64,000 bases of DNA, taken from NCBI GenBank assembly GCA_039815185.1, contig JBCBZT010000009.1:137244-201243 (forward strand). Reading direction: 5' to 3'. The notes under the pieces are model-generated. The model ran no database searches. It was given only the letters and a program-made list of their open reading frames with translations, and was not told where the DNA came from. Positions 1 to 10,193 of the stretch are shown here, piece by piece (position 1 is the stretch's first letter; every line of letters begins with the position of its first letter). This DNA is from Cyanobacteria bacterium P01_A01_bin.123 (lineage in GTDB: Bacteria; Cyanobacteriota; Cyanobacteriia; Phormidesmidales; Phormidesmidaceae). A program made the position numbers and the translations under genes.

Positions 1-660
1 GAGGTGAACTGGAAGACGAATGGTGCGGGACTGATCCGCGATCGCTCTGGTGATTGCCTGACGAATCCACCAGGTCGCATAAGTCGAAAACTTATAGCCT
101 TTCTCGTGGTCAAACTTTTCAGCTGCCCGAATTAAGCCTAGACTTCCTTCCTGAATTAAATCTTGGAAAGACAGCCCCCGGTTCATATACTTCTTTGCAA
201 TCGAAACAACGAGGCGGAGATTCGATTGAACCATTTTGTCCTTGGCTCGACGTCCCAGATGGAGACGACGACGAAACGCTGGTAGTGGCATTTCGACAGC
301 TTCAGCCCACTCGCCATCATTGGGTTCCCGTTCAAGAGACTCAGCTAACTGTTCACGAATCCGCTCTAGTTCCAGCAGATCAGAAATCTTACGGGCCAGT
401 TCAATCTCTTCTTCTGCCCGCAGCAAACGGATGCGGCCAATTTCCTGTAGGTAGAGACGAATGGAATCTTCTGTATAAGGCTTCTTCTTAGTTTGAGCAC
501 GACGGCGGGTTGCTTTCCCCTTCGTGGCCTTTACTGGTTCTTCCTCAGCGGCTTCCGAACTTTGAGGCGTGAAACCCTCGTTGCCATCGTTATCAATCAA
601 GAGATCTAGATCACTGGTAGGTTCAATGGTTCCGAGTACATTGTTAGCTGCTTGGGTCAT
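1..660 (-). CDS. sigA: Principal RNA polymerase sigma factor SigA/RpoD (5' part; runs off the window start)
   Basis: Manual translation from ATG at 660: [11 protein letters not shown]...[22 protein letters not shown]...[81 protein letters not shown], i.e. sigma70 regions 1.2-2.4. GAGGA RBS upstream. Absent from the ORF track because the stop lies outside the window. Confidence 0.96.
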   Translation of the reverse strand, partial: MTQAANNVLGTIEPTSDLDLLIDNDGNEGFTPQSSEAAEEEPVKATKGKATRRRAQTKKKPYTEDSIRLYLQEIGRIRLLRAEEEIELARKISDLLELERIREQLAESLEREPNDGEWAEAVEMPLPAFRRRLHLGRRAKDKMVQSNLRLVVSIAKKYMNRGLSFQDLIQEGSLGLIRAAEKFDHEKGYKFSTYATWWIRQAITRAIADQSRTIRLPVHL

Positions 661-1088
661 GCCGCGTTCCTCATGCTCCTTAATCGTTCAAAATCAAAAA
701 TTCGAGCTTACGTCCCAATTGTTGGGTGCAAACTCAGGTGTTGGGGCTGACATTCTAGGAGAATGCTACTTAGCTTCAATCTCAATGCTGTGGCGTCGAT
801 CAACGCCGAAAACCCTTAGCTCCCATCAGGTTCATCAAGGACGTAACGAACCCAGTTAGCGTGGGCATCTTCAAATTGTAGCTTTTCAAACAAATAATGC
901 GCCATAAGATTTGGAGCAATTCTTTTGAAATCAGGTTAGTTGATTCAAACCTAACCCAGCTGATCTGAATAGTGACGCCAGTGTATTTACTTAGCATAGC
1001 TATTCTACCTAGAAGCCGCCATAGAATCCGCCAAACGGCTTATTTTCCTCTGGATAGCCTTATTTCCCTTACATGGAAAACTGTCTTT

Positions 1089-1129
1089 GCATAGAGAATC
1101 GTGGCGCTCGCCGCAATGATTCTCTATGC
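1089..1129. repeat. Inverted repeat (12-bp perfect arms) upstream of sigA
   Basis: GCATAGAGAATC-N17-GATTCTCTATGC. Confidence 0.6.
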
Positions 1130-1294
1130 TGCAGCATTAGGACGCTCTTAAATCGCCAGTCCCCCTTGGAGGCAAGAACTTTAGCAACTGCTATACCGGC
1201 TTCTCACTAAACAGATACAGACAATGCCCTAAAGGCCTGATGCAGGCTCAGATATGCCTATACAGAGCTTTTTCAAATGGAAGGCGATTGACCT

Positions 1295-1696
1295 TTAGAC
1301 ACAAGACTGTTTTGCCCAAGCGGACTGGACTAGAGTTGTTAAGATGTCGCCGCTCAAAGGCTTGACTAAAAAGCCATCAATTCCTGAGTAGTCTTCTTCA
1401 TAAATCCAACTGGGATTATGGGACTCAGTTAGGGCAACAATAGTCACGCCAGATTTTTGGCCAGAACTTTGGATAGTCCACCTCAGCTTGTGAACCAACG
1501 ACTGAGCTGAATCTTGATGATTTCCGGCCAAAATGACCAGATAAGGCGCTATTTGCCCAGCCCTAGCCACAGCCTGCTCAATAGAATTAGCAACAAATAC
1601 CGAACATCGGAGCCTCTTCAAAACAGACTGAACGATCTGTAAATCGCCACACTGCTGATCTAAAAGAAGAATATATTCTTGTTGGGAAACTGTCAT
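1295..1696 (-). CDS. Stand-alone receiver-like domain (atypical response regulator)
   Basis: REC layout ILLLD / YLVILA / IVALT / GIDGFLVKP; the phosphoacceptor Asp position holds Ala. Confidence 0.8.
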   Translation of the reverse strand: MTVSQQEYILLLDQQCGDLQIVQSVLKRLRCSVFVANSIEQAVARAGQIAPYLVILAGNHQDSAQSLVHKLRWTIQSSGQKSGVTIVALTESHNPSWIYEEDYSGIDGFLVKPLSGDILTTLVQSAWAKQSCV

Positions 1697-2245
1697 AAGT
1701 GGCTAGATGCGTTGGGCATCTCCAAAATTCACCTGAAGTAACGCTCGTACAACTCATGCAAAAACGCTATTGTTCTGAAATTGATTACTCTGAAATTGAG
1801 TAACCAGCTCAGGATTCGCACCCTTCAATAATAGAGGGATTCAAATTAAGACTCCCAATGCTATTTACTTTCTTAAGCTGTTTGACTTGAATTGGGTTTT
1901 GAGTATCAAGAAATATCAATTCACTTTGCATAACGCCCTAATTCAAGTTACGCATCGAAATTGAATTTAAATTAACTTAACCTTCTCAAGATACTTCCTG
2001 GAGATCGCAAAACCTTTGCTGAACATGGCTTTGAAGGAATATAATGATCAATTTCTAAGTGTCAACTCTAGAGAATTGGAAAGCTTTATTAAGATGCCAG
2101 CTTTACAAAGCTATCATTTATTTAATCGATATTAAAAACCAAGCAAAAACTAGCAGCAATGAACTCTAAGACGCTTATTACGTCTAGGACTCTGAACGTT
2201 CTTTGTAGTGAAAACAACTTTATTCAAAGAATAAATGTGTGAACC

Positions 2246-2836
2246 ATGAACATCCATAGTTCTAAGTCCTGTCTTGCTCAAATGCACAAAATAGATCGAT
2301 TCCTTTTAGGATTGCTTGGGTTATTTTTGGCTCTAGGAGTGTGGGCCTGTGATCAATTGGCAGAAGAGTTAACTATCGTTGTGCAAGACTACACGGCGAT
2401 CGCAGACGTAACCTATAGCTGGCAGGTAGAGTATGCCGAGAGTTTTGACATTGCCCGGACGATTCGCCAGGAGACGTTTGCCTCGACTCACCTGACAAAC
2501 CGTAATGGTGTTGCCCCTGAAGGGGCAGTGACAGGCCCAGATGATCAGGGACTTTGGTGGCCTGCTTTACCCCCTCGCCCAACGGTTGACGAACTCGAAG
2601 CCCGGCAAAAAGAGGCTCGAGAAAAGCGAGCTGACCCAACATTGTTAAAACAGGTGAACTATCGCATTGAGTTTGTAACGGATGGGGTAAACCAAACTGC
2701 TGCCACCAAACACATTGTCTACCGTCAAGTCGTAAAAGCTCATGCGGCAGGCCAGGTGCTAATGCTCACGCTTACCCCAGGACAAAATTTTGTGGTTAAT
2801 GCAGAGCCCCACGAGGGTGATGGAGAAACATTTTGA
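2246..2836 (+). CDS. Hypothetical exported protein, probable lipoprotein (start may be 2282)
   Basis: Hydrophobic N-terminal stretch followed by VWAC lipobox-like motif. Confidence 0.7.
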   Translation: MNIHSSKSCLAQMHKIDRFLLGLLGLFLALGVWACDQLAEELTIVVQDYTAIADVTYSWQVEYAESFDIARTIRQETFASTHLTNRNGVAPEGAVTGPDDQGLWWPALPPRPTVDELEARQKEAREKRADPTLLKQVNYRIEFVTDGVNQTAATKHIVYRQVVKAHAAGQVLMLTLTPGQNFVVNAEPHEGDGETF

Positions 2837-2863
2837 GCCGATGGCATCGGCTCAAAATGTTTC
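2825..2863. terminator. Perfect 19-bp inverted repeat over the stop codon; probable terminator hairpin
   Basis: GAAACATTTTGAGCCGATG-G-CATCGGCTCAAAATGTTTC. Confidence 0.65.
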
Positions 2864-2936
2864 AATTCTGTAATATAACCTCTAGTTATAGATGGGTTTG
2901 GGGCACATTAGGACAAGCGTTAATCCAGTCTTAACC

Positions 2937-3416
2937 ATGTCTACTCGGAGCCTGTTTGTTTCGATGCTGCTAGGTGTAGGAGTGTGTCTCACCGCAACCA
3001 CATTGCCAAGTCATGCTCAAGCGGTTGCGGTGAGTGCTGTGCATCAGGCAACGGCAGCGGCATTGGTTGAGCGGGGTAATGATTTTTATCAACGGGGCGA
3101 TGTGGAAACTGCGATCGCTTTCTATACCACTGCGATCGAACGGGATCCCAATTCGGTTTTGGCCTATGTAACCCGGGCTGGAGCCTATGGTGGTACAGGC
3201 GACTATGACGCCGCAATTGCAGACTACAATAGCGCGATCGCAATTGACTCTAATGCTGCCTCTGCCTACGGTGGTCGTGGTTATGCTCGTTATCGCAGCG
3301 GTGACACTGACGCCGGCATCGCCGACCTCTGGGATGCGGCCTTACTGTTTCGCAAGCAGGCCCGTATGGATGCCTATCATGAAACCCTGGGTGTGATTAG
3401 ACGCCTTGACCCATAG
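2937..3416 (+). CDS. Secreted tetratricopeptide-repeat protein
   Basis: Signal peptide ending SHA-Q, TPR consensus (RGNDFYQRGD...AYVTRAGAY...AYGGRGYARY); ATG 2937 preferred to 2892. Confidence 0.85.
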   Translation: MSTRSLFVSMLLGVGVCLTATTLPSHAQAVAVSAVHQATAAALVERGNDFYQRGDVETAIAFYTTAIERDPNSVLAYVTRAGAYGGTGDYDAAIADYNSAIAIDSNAASAYGGRGYARYRSGDTDAGIADLWDAALLFRKQARMDAYHETLGVIRRLDP

Positions 3417-3496
3417 GATTTGGTTTGGATTTGATTTTTAAGCTCCCATTGTATTTTCCTTAAAAAGCTCCTAAGTATTGATGCGCTTAAGCTAGA

Positions 3497-6400
3497 GTGA
3501 GACAGCGCAAAGTGGCCAAATATTGGGGGATTGTGGTGACGCGAAATGCAAGAGTGCTGAGAACTATCTTGAAAATTGGCTTGGGTTGCTTGGTGGGTTT
3601 TGCCTTGGCGATTTCGGGCCTGTTTGCCAATTTGACTCCGGCCCAACTCGTCTCACTGCCGAAAACACCCCAGGCAAAAGCATCCCAGTTTGAAATATCA
3701 CCTGCAACGTCTCCGTCAGTAGCATCCCCAGCCCAGACGCCATCAGCTGAGCTATCCAGAGCTGCTCATACCCTAGTAACTCTGGATGGGGCTGAATCCT
3801 CTAGCTCTGGGACAAAGCAACCCAATCCAGAATCTTCTTCAACTATCAAAGCTGCTGAGGAAAACGCCAACGGTAGTGAGAATAATGGGGGTTTGCGTCC
3901 CTTTGACCAAGTCGTTGGGGGTCTAGAGCCGTTGGCGGGGATGCTGACACTTTATCGCGATCGCGACAAAGGCAAACTCTATCTTGCACTAACGCCTCAG
4001 CAACTGAATCGCAATTTTCTGCTGGTCACGACCCTAGAATCAGGCATTGGCGAAGCAGGGCTGTTTAATGGTTGGCCGATCAGCGATCAGGTGATTCAGT
4101 TCCGCCGGGCTCCGGCTAATCGTCTGCAAGTAGTTGTGCCCAACTTTAACTTTCGAGGCGAGGGGCAACAGCGACAGATTGAAAATAGTTACAGTGACTC
4201 GATACTCTATGGCTTGCCTATTGTCAGCATCAAAGCCGATGATACGGTGCTGATTGACTTCAGCAGCCTACTGCTGAGTAACGACCTGGCTGACTTAACC
4301 GGCAGATTGGGGTGGGCTTTAGGAGGCTACATTCCCGATTCCACCACCTCTTACATGTCTGAGGTTAAAGCGTTTCCCCAGAATCTGGAAGTCGAAGCCA
4401 ACATTGGCTTTAGTGGCCTCTCGGATGGCGGCGTGGGGGGCTTTCCCTTTGGTTTTGGCAGCCTGCCTGATTCTCGGGGATTTAGCATCTCGGTACACTA
4501 CAGCCTATCGGAGTTGCCTACTGACAACGGCTACCGTCCCCGTCTGGCCGATGAACGCATTGGCTACTTTGTCACCGCTTATCAAGAACCTCTGGCTTAC
4601 GAACGCCGAGATCCCTTTGTGCGCTATGTCCAGCGCTGGCACTTAGAACGTCAACCCTCGAATGCTGAACTCGCCCCCCCAAAAGAACCGATTGTGTTTT
4701 GGCTGGAGAATACAGTGCCTGAACGATACCGGGACGCCATTCGCGAAGGGGCACTATGGTGGAATGCTGCCTTTGAGCAAGCGGGGTTTGCAAACGCGAT
4801 TGAAGTGCGGCAGATGCCTGACGATGCTGACTGGGATCCAGCAGATGTGCGCTACAACACGATTCGCTGGTCAAATTCTTATCGGCCTTGGGCAGTCGCT
4901 TTGGGGCCATCGCGAGTAAATCCGCTGACGGGTGAGATCCTAGATGCCGATGTGATTATTGACGCCAATATCATTCGCCAGCTCCGGGGAGAATATCAAA
5001 ACCTAGCCGGTAACGGGTCGGACAATACTTATCTTTACAGCCAACTGTGTGGTCATCGGTTCCAAGCCCATATTGAACGTTGGTTGGCAATGCAGCAGGG
5101 GATGGATTTGGCCGAGGTGATGCAGCAGGGGTTTGAACTACCAGGGTTGTCTTTAGCAGACCATGACGTTACGCACAATACTTGCTTTGGGGTAGAATCT
5201 TCGCGACAGTTAGCCTTTGGCGGTTTGATGTTGTCTACTCTGCGGTTAGACCCGGCCAACCCGACAGCGGTCAACGCTTACATTCAGCAATATCTAAGTA
5301 TGCTCACGGCCCATGAGGTCGGTCATACCTTGGGATTGCGCCACAATTTTCAGGGGAGTTTGCTGCGATCGCCTGACGAACTCAATGACCCCAGTCTCAC
5401 CCAAACTGAGGGCATTGCCAATTCTGTCATGGACTACTTTCCGGCTAACTTAGCACCGCCAGGAGCCCCCCAAGCAGACTATTTTCCCAATCAAGTGGGG
5501 GCCTACGATCGGTTGGCTGTCGAGTATGGCTACACCGATACCGGAGCCATGCATCCCAATCAAGAAGTGCGTACGCTAGAAGCGATCGCCCAACGCATGA
5601 GCATTGAGGGTTTGGCCTATGCAACCGACGAGGACATTTTTAGCTTTTTAGATCCAGAAGCGCAGGCCTTTGATTTAAGCAGCGATCCAATGCAGTTTGC
5701 CCAGTGGCAAATGGACAATGCCCGAGAACACTGGCAGCGGCTAGATGGTGCCTATCTGTTACCGGAGCAAGGCTATGAGGAATTGCGCGATCGCTTTGAA
5801 ACAGTCTATTGGTATTACGCCAACCAGGTGTTTACCCTGTCAGGCTATGTCGGTGGGCAAAACTTCAGCCGCCAACGGGCTGGCGACAGTGCTATTAGTG
5901 GTCGGCTGCCCTTTGAACCCGTGCCCATTGAGCAGCAGCGACAGGCATTAGCGTTGCTTAATACCTATGTGTTTGCCCCCGATGCCTTCCAGTTTTCCCC
6001 AACCTTGATCAACCAACTGGCTCCCGAGCGCTGGTACCACTGGGGCAGTCTTCCGATCATTGCCCCGCTGGAGTACCCAATTTACGATCGCGTTTCTTTT
6101 CTTCAGGGTTTAGCGCTGATTGATGTGCTCTCGGGTGCCCGACTGTCTCGCTTACAGTCCGTTGCCATCGGCGATGCAGCAAGTGAAACGCTGAGCATTC
6201 CCGAACTATTTGACACAGTACAAGGAGATGTTTGGCAAGAACTAGCTGACTCTGACACGGGCAATGTTTCCACCCTGCGTCGGGGATTACAACGCCATTA
6301 CCTCGATATTCTCACAGGGCTGGTGTTGCAAAACCCTAGTCAACCGACTAACTTTTTAGAGCTAGTAATTGCTTTTGAAACCCTCTATGCACCAGAAGAC

Positions 6401-6562
6401 GCCAAGGTGATCGCGCGTTATAAACTGCGCCAGCTAGCACAAGATATTCAAACCAGTCTTGATCGCCACGGCGATCGCCTAGATGTGTCTACCCGCGCCC
6501 ATTTAGAAGACAGCCGCGATCGCATTCAGCAAACGCTCAGCGCACGGCGCACGGCGGGATAG
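3497..6562 (+). CDS. Zinc-dependent metalloprotease (DUF5117/DUF4953-type metzincin); true start probably slightly downstream
   Basis: HEVGHTLGLRH zinc motif, SVMDY Met-turn, PRLADERIGYF and NPLTGEILDAD motifs, N-terminal signal anchor. Confidence 0.9.
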   Translation: MRQRKVAKYWGIVVTRNARVLRTILKIGLGCLVGFALAISGLFANLTPAQLVSLPKTPQAKASQFEISPATSPSVASPAQTPSAELSRAAHTLVTLDGAESSSSGTKQPNPESSSTIKAAEENANGSENNGGLRPFDQVVGGLEPLAGMLTLYRDRDKGKLYLALTPQQLNRNFLLVTTLESGIGEAGLFNGWPISDQVIQFRRAPANRLQVVVPNFNFRGEGQQRQIENSYSDSILYGLPIVSIKADDTVLIDFSSLLLSNDLADLTGRLGWALGGYIPDSTTSYMSEVKAFPQNLEVEANIGFSGLSDGGVGGFPFGFGSLPDSRGFSISVHYSLSELPTDNGYRPRLADERIGYFVTAYQEPLAYERRDPFVRYVQRWHLERQPSNAELAPPKEPIVFWLENTVPERYRDAIREGALWWNAAFEQAGFANAIEVRQMPDDADWDPADVRYNTIRWSNSYRPWAVALGPSRVNPLTGEILDADVIIDANIIRQLRGEYQNLAGNGSDNTYLYSQLCGHRFQAHIERWLAMQQGMDLAEVMQQGFELPGLSLADHDVTHNTCFGVESSRQLAFGGLMLSTLRLDPANPTAVNAYIQQYLSMLTAHEVGHTLGLRHNFQGSLLRSPDELNDPSLTQTEGIANSVMDYFPANLAPPGAPQADYFPNQVGAYDRLAVEYGYTDTGAMHPNQEVRTLEAIAQRMSIEGLAYATDEDIFSFLDPEAQAFDLSSDPMQFAQWQMDNAREHWQRLDGAYLLPEQGYEELRDRFETVYWYYANQVFTLSGYVGGQNFSRQRAGDSAISGRLPFEPVPIEQQRQALALLNTYVFAPDAFQFSPTLINQLAPERWYHWGSLPIIAPLEYPIYDRVSFLQGLALIDVLSGARLSRLQSVAIGDAASETLSIPELFDTVQGDVWQELADSDTGNVSTLRRGLQRHYLDILTGLVLQNPSQPTNFLELVIAFETLYAPEDAKVIARYKLRQLAQDIQTSLDRHGDRLDVSTRAHLEDSRDRIQQTLSARRTAG

Positions 6563-6576
6563 ACGTAGGGATTAGG

Positions 6577-6942
6577 TTATTCGGCATAAACGGTTTCATC
6601 TGCTTTTTGCCAAGCTGGATCCACGATGCAAATAAACACCAGCGGTTGGTCGCCGCAGTTGTGAATAAACTGTTTGGCACTGGGCGGGATGTAAACGGCA
6701 TCTCCTGCTTCTACACGCTGAGTTTCGTCATTGATGTGCATCTCTCCTTGACCGCTGAGAATGTAATACACCTCAGTTGTTTTCAAGGCATGGGTAGCAG
6801 AGGTTTGGCCCACAGGGACAATGGCGTGAGCCAAACTGTAGCGCAGGGCTAGCGGCTGTTTGTCTGGATGCAAGAGTTCTCGCAGTAGGGTGCCGTCACC
6901 TGCGACAAACTCTGGACAGTCCATTAGTTTTTGTATGAGCAT
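6577..6942 (-). CDS. Cupin-domain protein
   Basis: H-x4-EVYYILSGQG and GDAVYIPP cupin motifs; ATG at 6942 (MLIQKL). Confidence 0.88.
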   Translation of the reverse strand: MLIQKLMDCPEFVAGDGTLLRELLHPDKQPLALRYSLAHAIVPVGQTSATHALKTTEVYYILSGQGEMHINDETQRVEAGDAVYIPPSAKQFIHNCGDQPLVFICIVDPAWQKADETVYAE

Positions 6943-7075
6943 TGCAAGTTGCCTATTAGCTTTTCTCCTTAGCCAACATGAGTTCAACTAACAGAGTTGA
7001 CTATTCACAATTTTTTCTGTGTACATATACAGACAATCTGTCTGATGTTCTAATCATCCATCGTAGACAGCATTC

Positions 7076-7282
7076 TTACTGCCCACGCTCCGGCTTACAA
7101 TCTGCAAAGCCCAGTGCCTTACTGTCCAGAAAGCTGGCAATTGCCATTTCAACGACAGTCTCAACTGGATACTCTACTTCAGCGGCACGAGTGACTAAAT
7201 CTGCACGAATTTGCTCAGATAATCGCCCTAAAATCACTTCAGCATCAGTAGGGGAAAGTTGCTCTTGAAGTTTGGCCTGCAT
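7076..7282 (-). CDS. Small hypothetical protein (68 aa)
   Basis: Protein-like composition, AAGGTG RBS-like sequence upstream; resembles small cyanobacterial hypothetical proteins (YPVETVVEMAIASFLD). Confidence 0.7.
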   Translation of the reverse strand: MQAKLQEQLSPTDAEVILGRLSEQIRADLVTRAAEVEYPVETVVEMAIASFLDSKALGFADCKPERGQ

Positions 7283-7746
7283 GGCATCACCTTCCAGTTG
7301 GGGTTTGAGCGTTGTAAGGGGGTTCAGTTGCCTGAGGTTAAGCTGTGATTCGCTTCAGCACTGTTTACGTAGGTGAAAGCTGATGGTAGCCACATCGCCC
7401 TTTAGTCTCGGGATATCTACACCCTCGCGGCGAACATGCTGATGGGCACCATGCTTACCTGCGGTAGCTACTGCTCTAATAAGCTCTGCAAGCTCAAGCA
7501 GCGAATTCTCAGAACCACAAAGTATCGATCTCAACATGATGATGACCCCCGTCAGGATCGGGGCTATTTAATCCATATATAAAGGCTTCTAATATATCTG
7601 ACGTGCACGTTTTCATTAATGCTCTGACTGTGGGGTATCTGCGTTCAGAACTCTAAAAGAAGATGACTATGCAAGCGAAGTTTCTGCTGCAAATAGGTGA
7701 TAAACAAGCCTAACGATTTCAAAGTTCACAGGGGTAAACTCTATCC

Positions 7747-8070
7747 CTAGCCATCTACCTTTGCCACAGGCAGATGCCACTGGGCCGACTCAAAATCCTC
7801 ACAGCCAATCGCTGTTTCAGAGAGGGCATCGGTCGGATGTACGGGGCATTTAAGATGGTAGTTTTGGGTGAAATATTTGCAATCAGCACAGGGGATACGG
7901 TGCATGGTTTGAGCACGAGAAAAGCCATCGCGGAGGGCACTCCAAAGGGTCCACACACTAATGCCCACAATCAGCCAAGCCAAGCCAAAACATAGCGGTA
8001 CCCGCATCGGCTGAATCCACTCGATCAGTTGATATAGGCCACGCAACACAAATACGATGACAAAATCCAC
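7747..8070 (-). CDS. Small membrane protein with Cys-rich C-terminus
   Basis: TM helix then CADC...KCPVHP...GCEDF; GTG start at 8070 chosen over 8139. Confidence 0.75.
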   Translation of the reverse strand: MDFVIVFVLRGLYQLIEWIQPMRVPLCFGLAWLIVGISVWTLWSALRDGFSRAQTMHRIPCADCKYFTQNYHLKCPVHPTDALSETAIGCEDFESAQWHLPVAKVDG

Positions 8071-8188
8071 GATTGCTAACGATTCTAAATTCTTGTTTCT
8101 ACGAGCATAGAAAGAATATCTAACTGCGATCGCGGACATTTACAGGACTTTGTGTTTCGTTGCATGTCTTGCCAATCTAGCCCCCCCA

Positions 8189-8992
8189 TCACCGTTCGGC
8201 ATTTCGCAGCAAATCCAACCGCAGCTGGTGGGCTGGACTCAAAAGCCGATAAAAGGCTAGCAACACTATCCCAAACGTCCCAAGCGCCGTCCCTGAGGCA
8301 ATCATAAAGACAATCACGATCTGATACCGCACTGCATCGATAGGACTAGCCCCCGCGAGAATTTGGCCAGTCATCATACCGGGTAGACTAACCAGGCCCA
8401 TCACCATCATGGAGTTGGTGATCGGAATCATGCCCGTCCTTACTGCCTCTTGAATCTGCGGGCGAGCTGCTTCCCAACGAGTTGCTCCCAAGGCCAGTAG
8501 CGTTTCAACTTGGGTTTGCTGGTTGACCAAGCTTGCCATGAAGCGGTCTAGACCGAGGGAAACCCCATTGAGCGTGTTGCCCAACACCATGCCCAGCAAG
8601 GGAATCAGGTACTGCGGGTCATACCAGGGATCGACTCGGATGATTGCCCCTAATGCCAACCCCGTTACTATCGCTGCCGCAACCAACACTGATAAAACAC
8701 TGTTCCAGTACATGCCCGCAAAACGTCGTTTGGTGCGTCCGACGGCGGATTGTCCGGCGACGCCAGCCATCAGCAGACCGATGGCAACGATTAGCCAGGG
8801 ATTTTGCTGGCTAAATAACCACTCCAATACAAACCCAATTAGCAGCAGTTGAACCACCATGCGCAGGCTGGCAATGATCAGGGATTGGGTTAGCCCTAGA
8901 CGAAAGGCAATCGAAATGCCCAAGTTGGCGATTATCAACAACGCAGCTAAGACAAGCTGGCTGTAGGAAATATCGAGATAATCAGTTGTCAT
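8189..8992 (-). CDS. fetB: UPF0014/YbbM (FetB) ABC permease
   Basis: RMVVQLLLIGFVL, LIPLLGMVLGN, GLVSLPGMMTGQILAGASP..AVRYQ signature. Confidence 0.88.
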   Translation of the reverse strand: MTTDYLDISYSQLVLAALLIIANLGISIAFRLGLTQSLIIASLRMVVQLLLIGFVLEWLFSQQNPWLIVAIGLLMAGVAGQSAVGRTKRRFAGMYWNSVLSVLVAAAIVTGLALGAIIRVDPWYDPQYLIPLLGMVLGNTLNGVSLGLDRFMASLVNQQTQVETLLALGATRWEAARPQIQEAVRTGMIPITNSMMVMGLVSLPGMMTGQILAGASPIDAVRYQIVIVFMIASGTALGTFGIVLLAFYRLLSPAHQLRLDLLRNAER

Positions 8993-9680
8993 GACTGGCA
9001 ATAAATTGCTGGAGATTTAGCTGTTTGGAAGTGACCCGATCAATCTGGTTGGGATCGTGGCTGGTCCAGATGCAGGCGCGATCAGGCGCAGCTTGCAGCC
9101 AGTGGTTGAGTAATGCTTCGACTTGGGTTGTGGTTTCTGGATCGAGGGAGGCGGTGGGTTCATCGAGCAGCAGCACTTGGGGGTTTAGCTGCAACGCCCG
9201 TAATAACCCTAAAATTTGGCTCTCTCCCCCGGACAACTGAGGCGCTGATAGGGATAGGAACTCAGGGCGACGGTTGAGCGCTGCTAAGTCATTCAAGGTG
9301 CGATCGCGATCGTAGGTGCGATCGCGATGGGCTGAAAGTTGAAACACCATTTTGAGATTTTGCTCAACACTACCCTCAAATAAGCTGGGCCGTTGGGGGA
9401 GATAGATCACTTTGGTGCGGTAAATGGGCAGTGACCACTGCGATAAAGATTTGCCTGCAAAGGAGACAGTCCCCGCTTGGCACGAGTCCAACCTCACCAA
9501 AGCCCGCAACAATAAGGTTTTGCCCGAACCTGAAGGGCCAACGAGTCCCAGCCGCATGTGGGGTTTGAGGGCAAAGGTGACGCCCTGCCAAAGCCAACGT
9601 CCAGACAGCTTGCGACCCAAATGCTCGACTATGAGCAGAGGTGTTGATGGAGAGATTGAGCGAGCTTGGGTATCAGACAT
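8982..9680 (-). CDS. fetA: ABC ATP-binding subunit (FetA/YbbL-like)
   Basis: Walker A GPSGSGKT, LSGGE, LLLDEPT, H-loop; overlaps the fetB start. Confidence 0.85.
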   Translation of the reverse strand: MSDTQARSISPSTPLLIVEHLGRKLSGRWLWQGVTFALKPHMRLGLVGPSGSGKTLLLRALVRLDSCQAGTVSFAGKSLSQWSLPIYRTKVIYLPQRPSLFEGSVEQNLKMVFQLSAHRDRTYDRDRTLNDLAALNRRPEFLSLSAPQLSGGESQILGLLRALQLNPQVLLLDEPTASLDPETTTQVEALLNHWLQAAPDRACIWTSHDPNQIDRVTSKQLNLQQFIASHDN

Positions 9681-9754
9681 TGGGATTAACTAGAACCAGA
9701 GCCTCCAAGTTTCTAGCCTACAATCGAATCAAACCAAAGCTTCCTGAAGCTACT

Positions 9755-9845
9755 ATGCCTTCACCTTTTCCAGGAATGGATCCCTACCTACAAATTTTCT
9801 GAGGCTGACCAAGCCTGGATCAATACTTTGCATGCGCCGACTTGA
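9755..9845 (+). pseudogene. DUF4058-family gene remnant (N- and C-terminal ends only)
   Basis: MPSPFPGMDPYL (family N-terminus) joined out of frame to KFSEADQAWINTL (family-like C-terminus). Confidence 0.7.
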
Positions 9846-9950
9846 CTCATACTGTTCGATTGATTTTCGCGATAGGATTTGAGTAAGGACATGGTATGCC
9901 GGACTGCGGATCCCATGTGGCCGATATTGAGTTAGGACAGGCAGGCAACA

Positions 9951-10169
9951 ATGTTTATGGATGAACTTACCCCCATTTTTACAGAATTGGTGGGCCAGCC
10001 AGTTGCTTTCTTCGGCGGGCTGTTTTCGGGTGTCTTCCGTCTCAACCTAGAAGACGATCCGGTCAAAACCTGGCTAGATAACCAAGCAGGAGCATCGACT
10101 GGAACCACACCTAGCGACCATACTCATAATGGCAAAGCCAATGGTCCACAGACCATTTCAATTGATTAA
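9951..10169 (+). CDS. Conserved cyanobacterial hypothetical protein (72 aa)
   Basis: MFMDEL.P.F.EL..QPVAF.GG..SG.FRLNL.DDPVK.WL...GPQ.I.ID pattern. Confidence 0.85.
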   Translation: MFMDELTPIFTELVGQPVAFFGGLFSGVFRLNLEDDPVKTWLDNQAGASTGTTPSDHTHNGKANGPQTISID

Positions 10170-10193
10170 TCGCCAGATAAACGTCAATAATCT

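Noticed and set aside
54..859. Plus-strand ORFs 54-491, 236-454 and 569-859
   Set aside because: Antisense shadows of sigA and its leader.
1130..1196. Possible third copy of element family B (TTAGGACG...GCAACTGCTATA)
   Set aside because: Only one end resembles the family; the internal stem is absent.
7290..7740. Possible ncRNA (TCAGGATCGG resembles part of SRP RNA), IS200/605 end, or the 60-aa ORF 7355-7537
   Set aside because: The rest of the SRP motif (GAAGGTAGCAGC) is missing, there is no transposase similarity, and the ORF has no recognisable motif.
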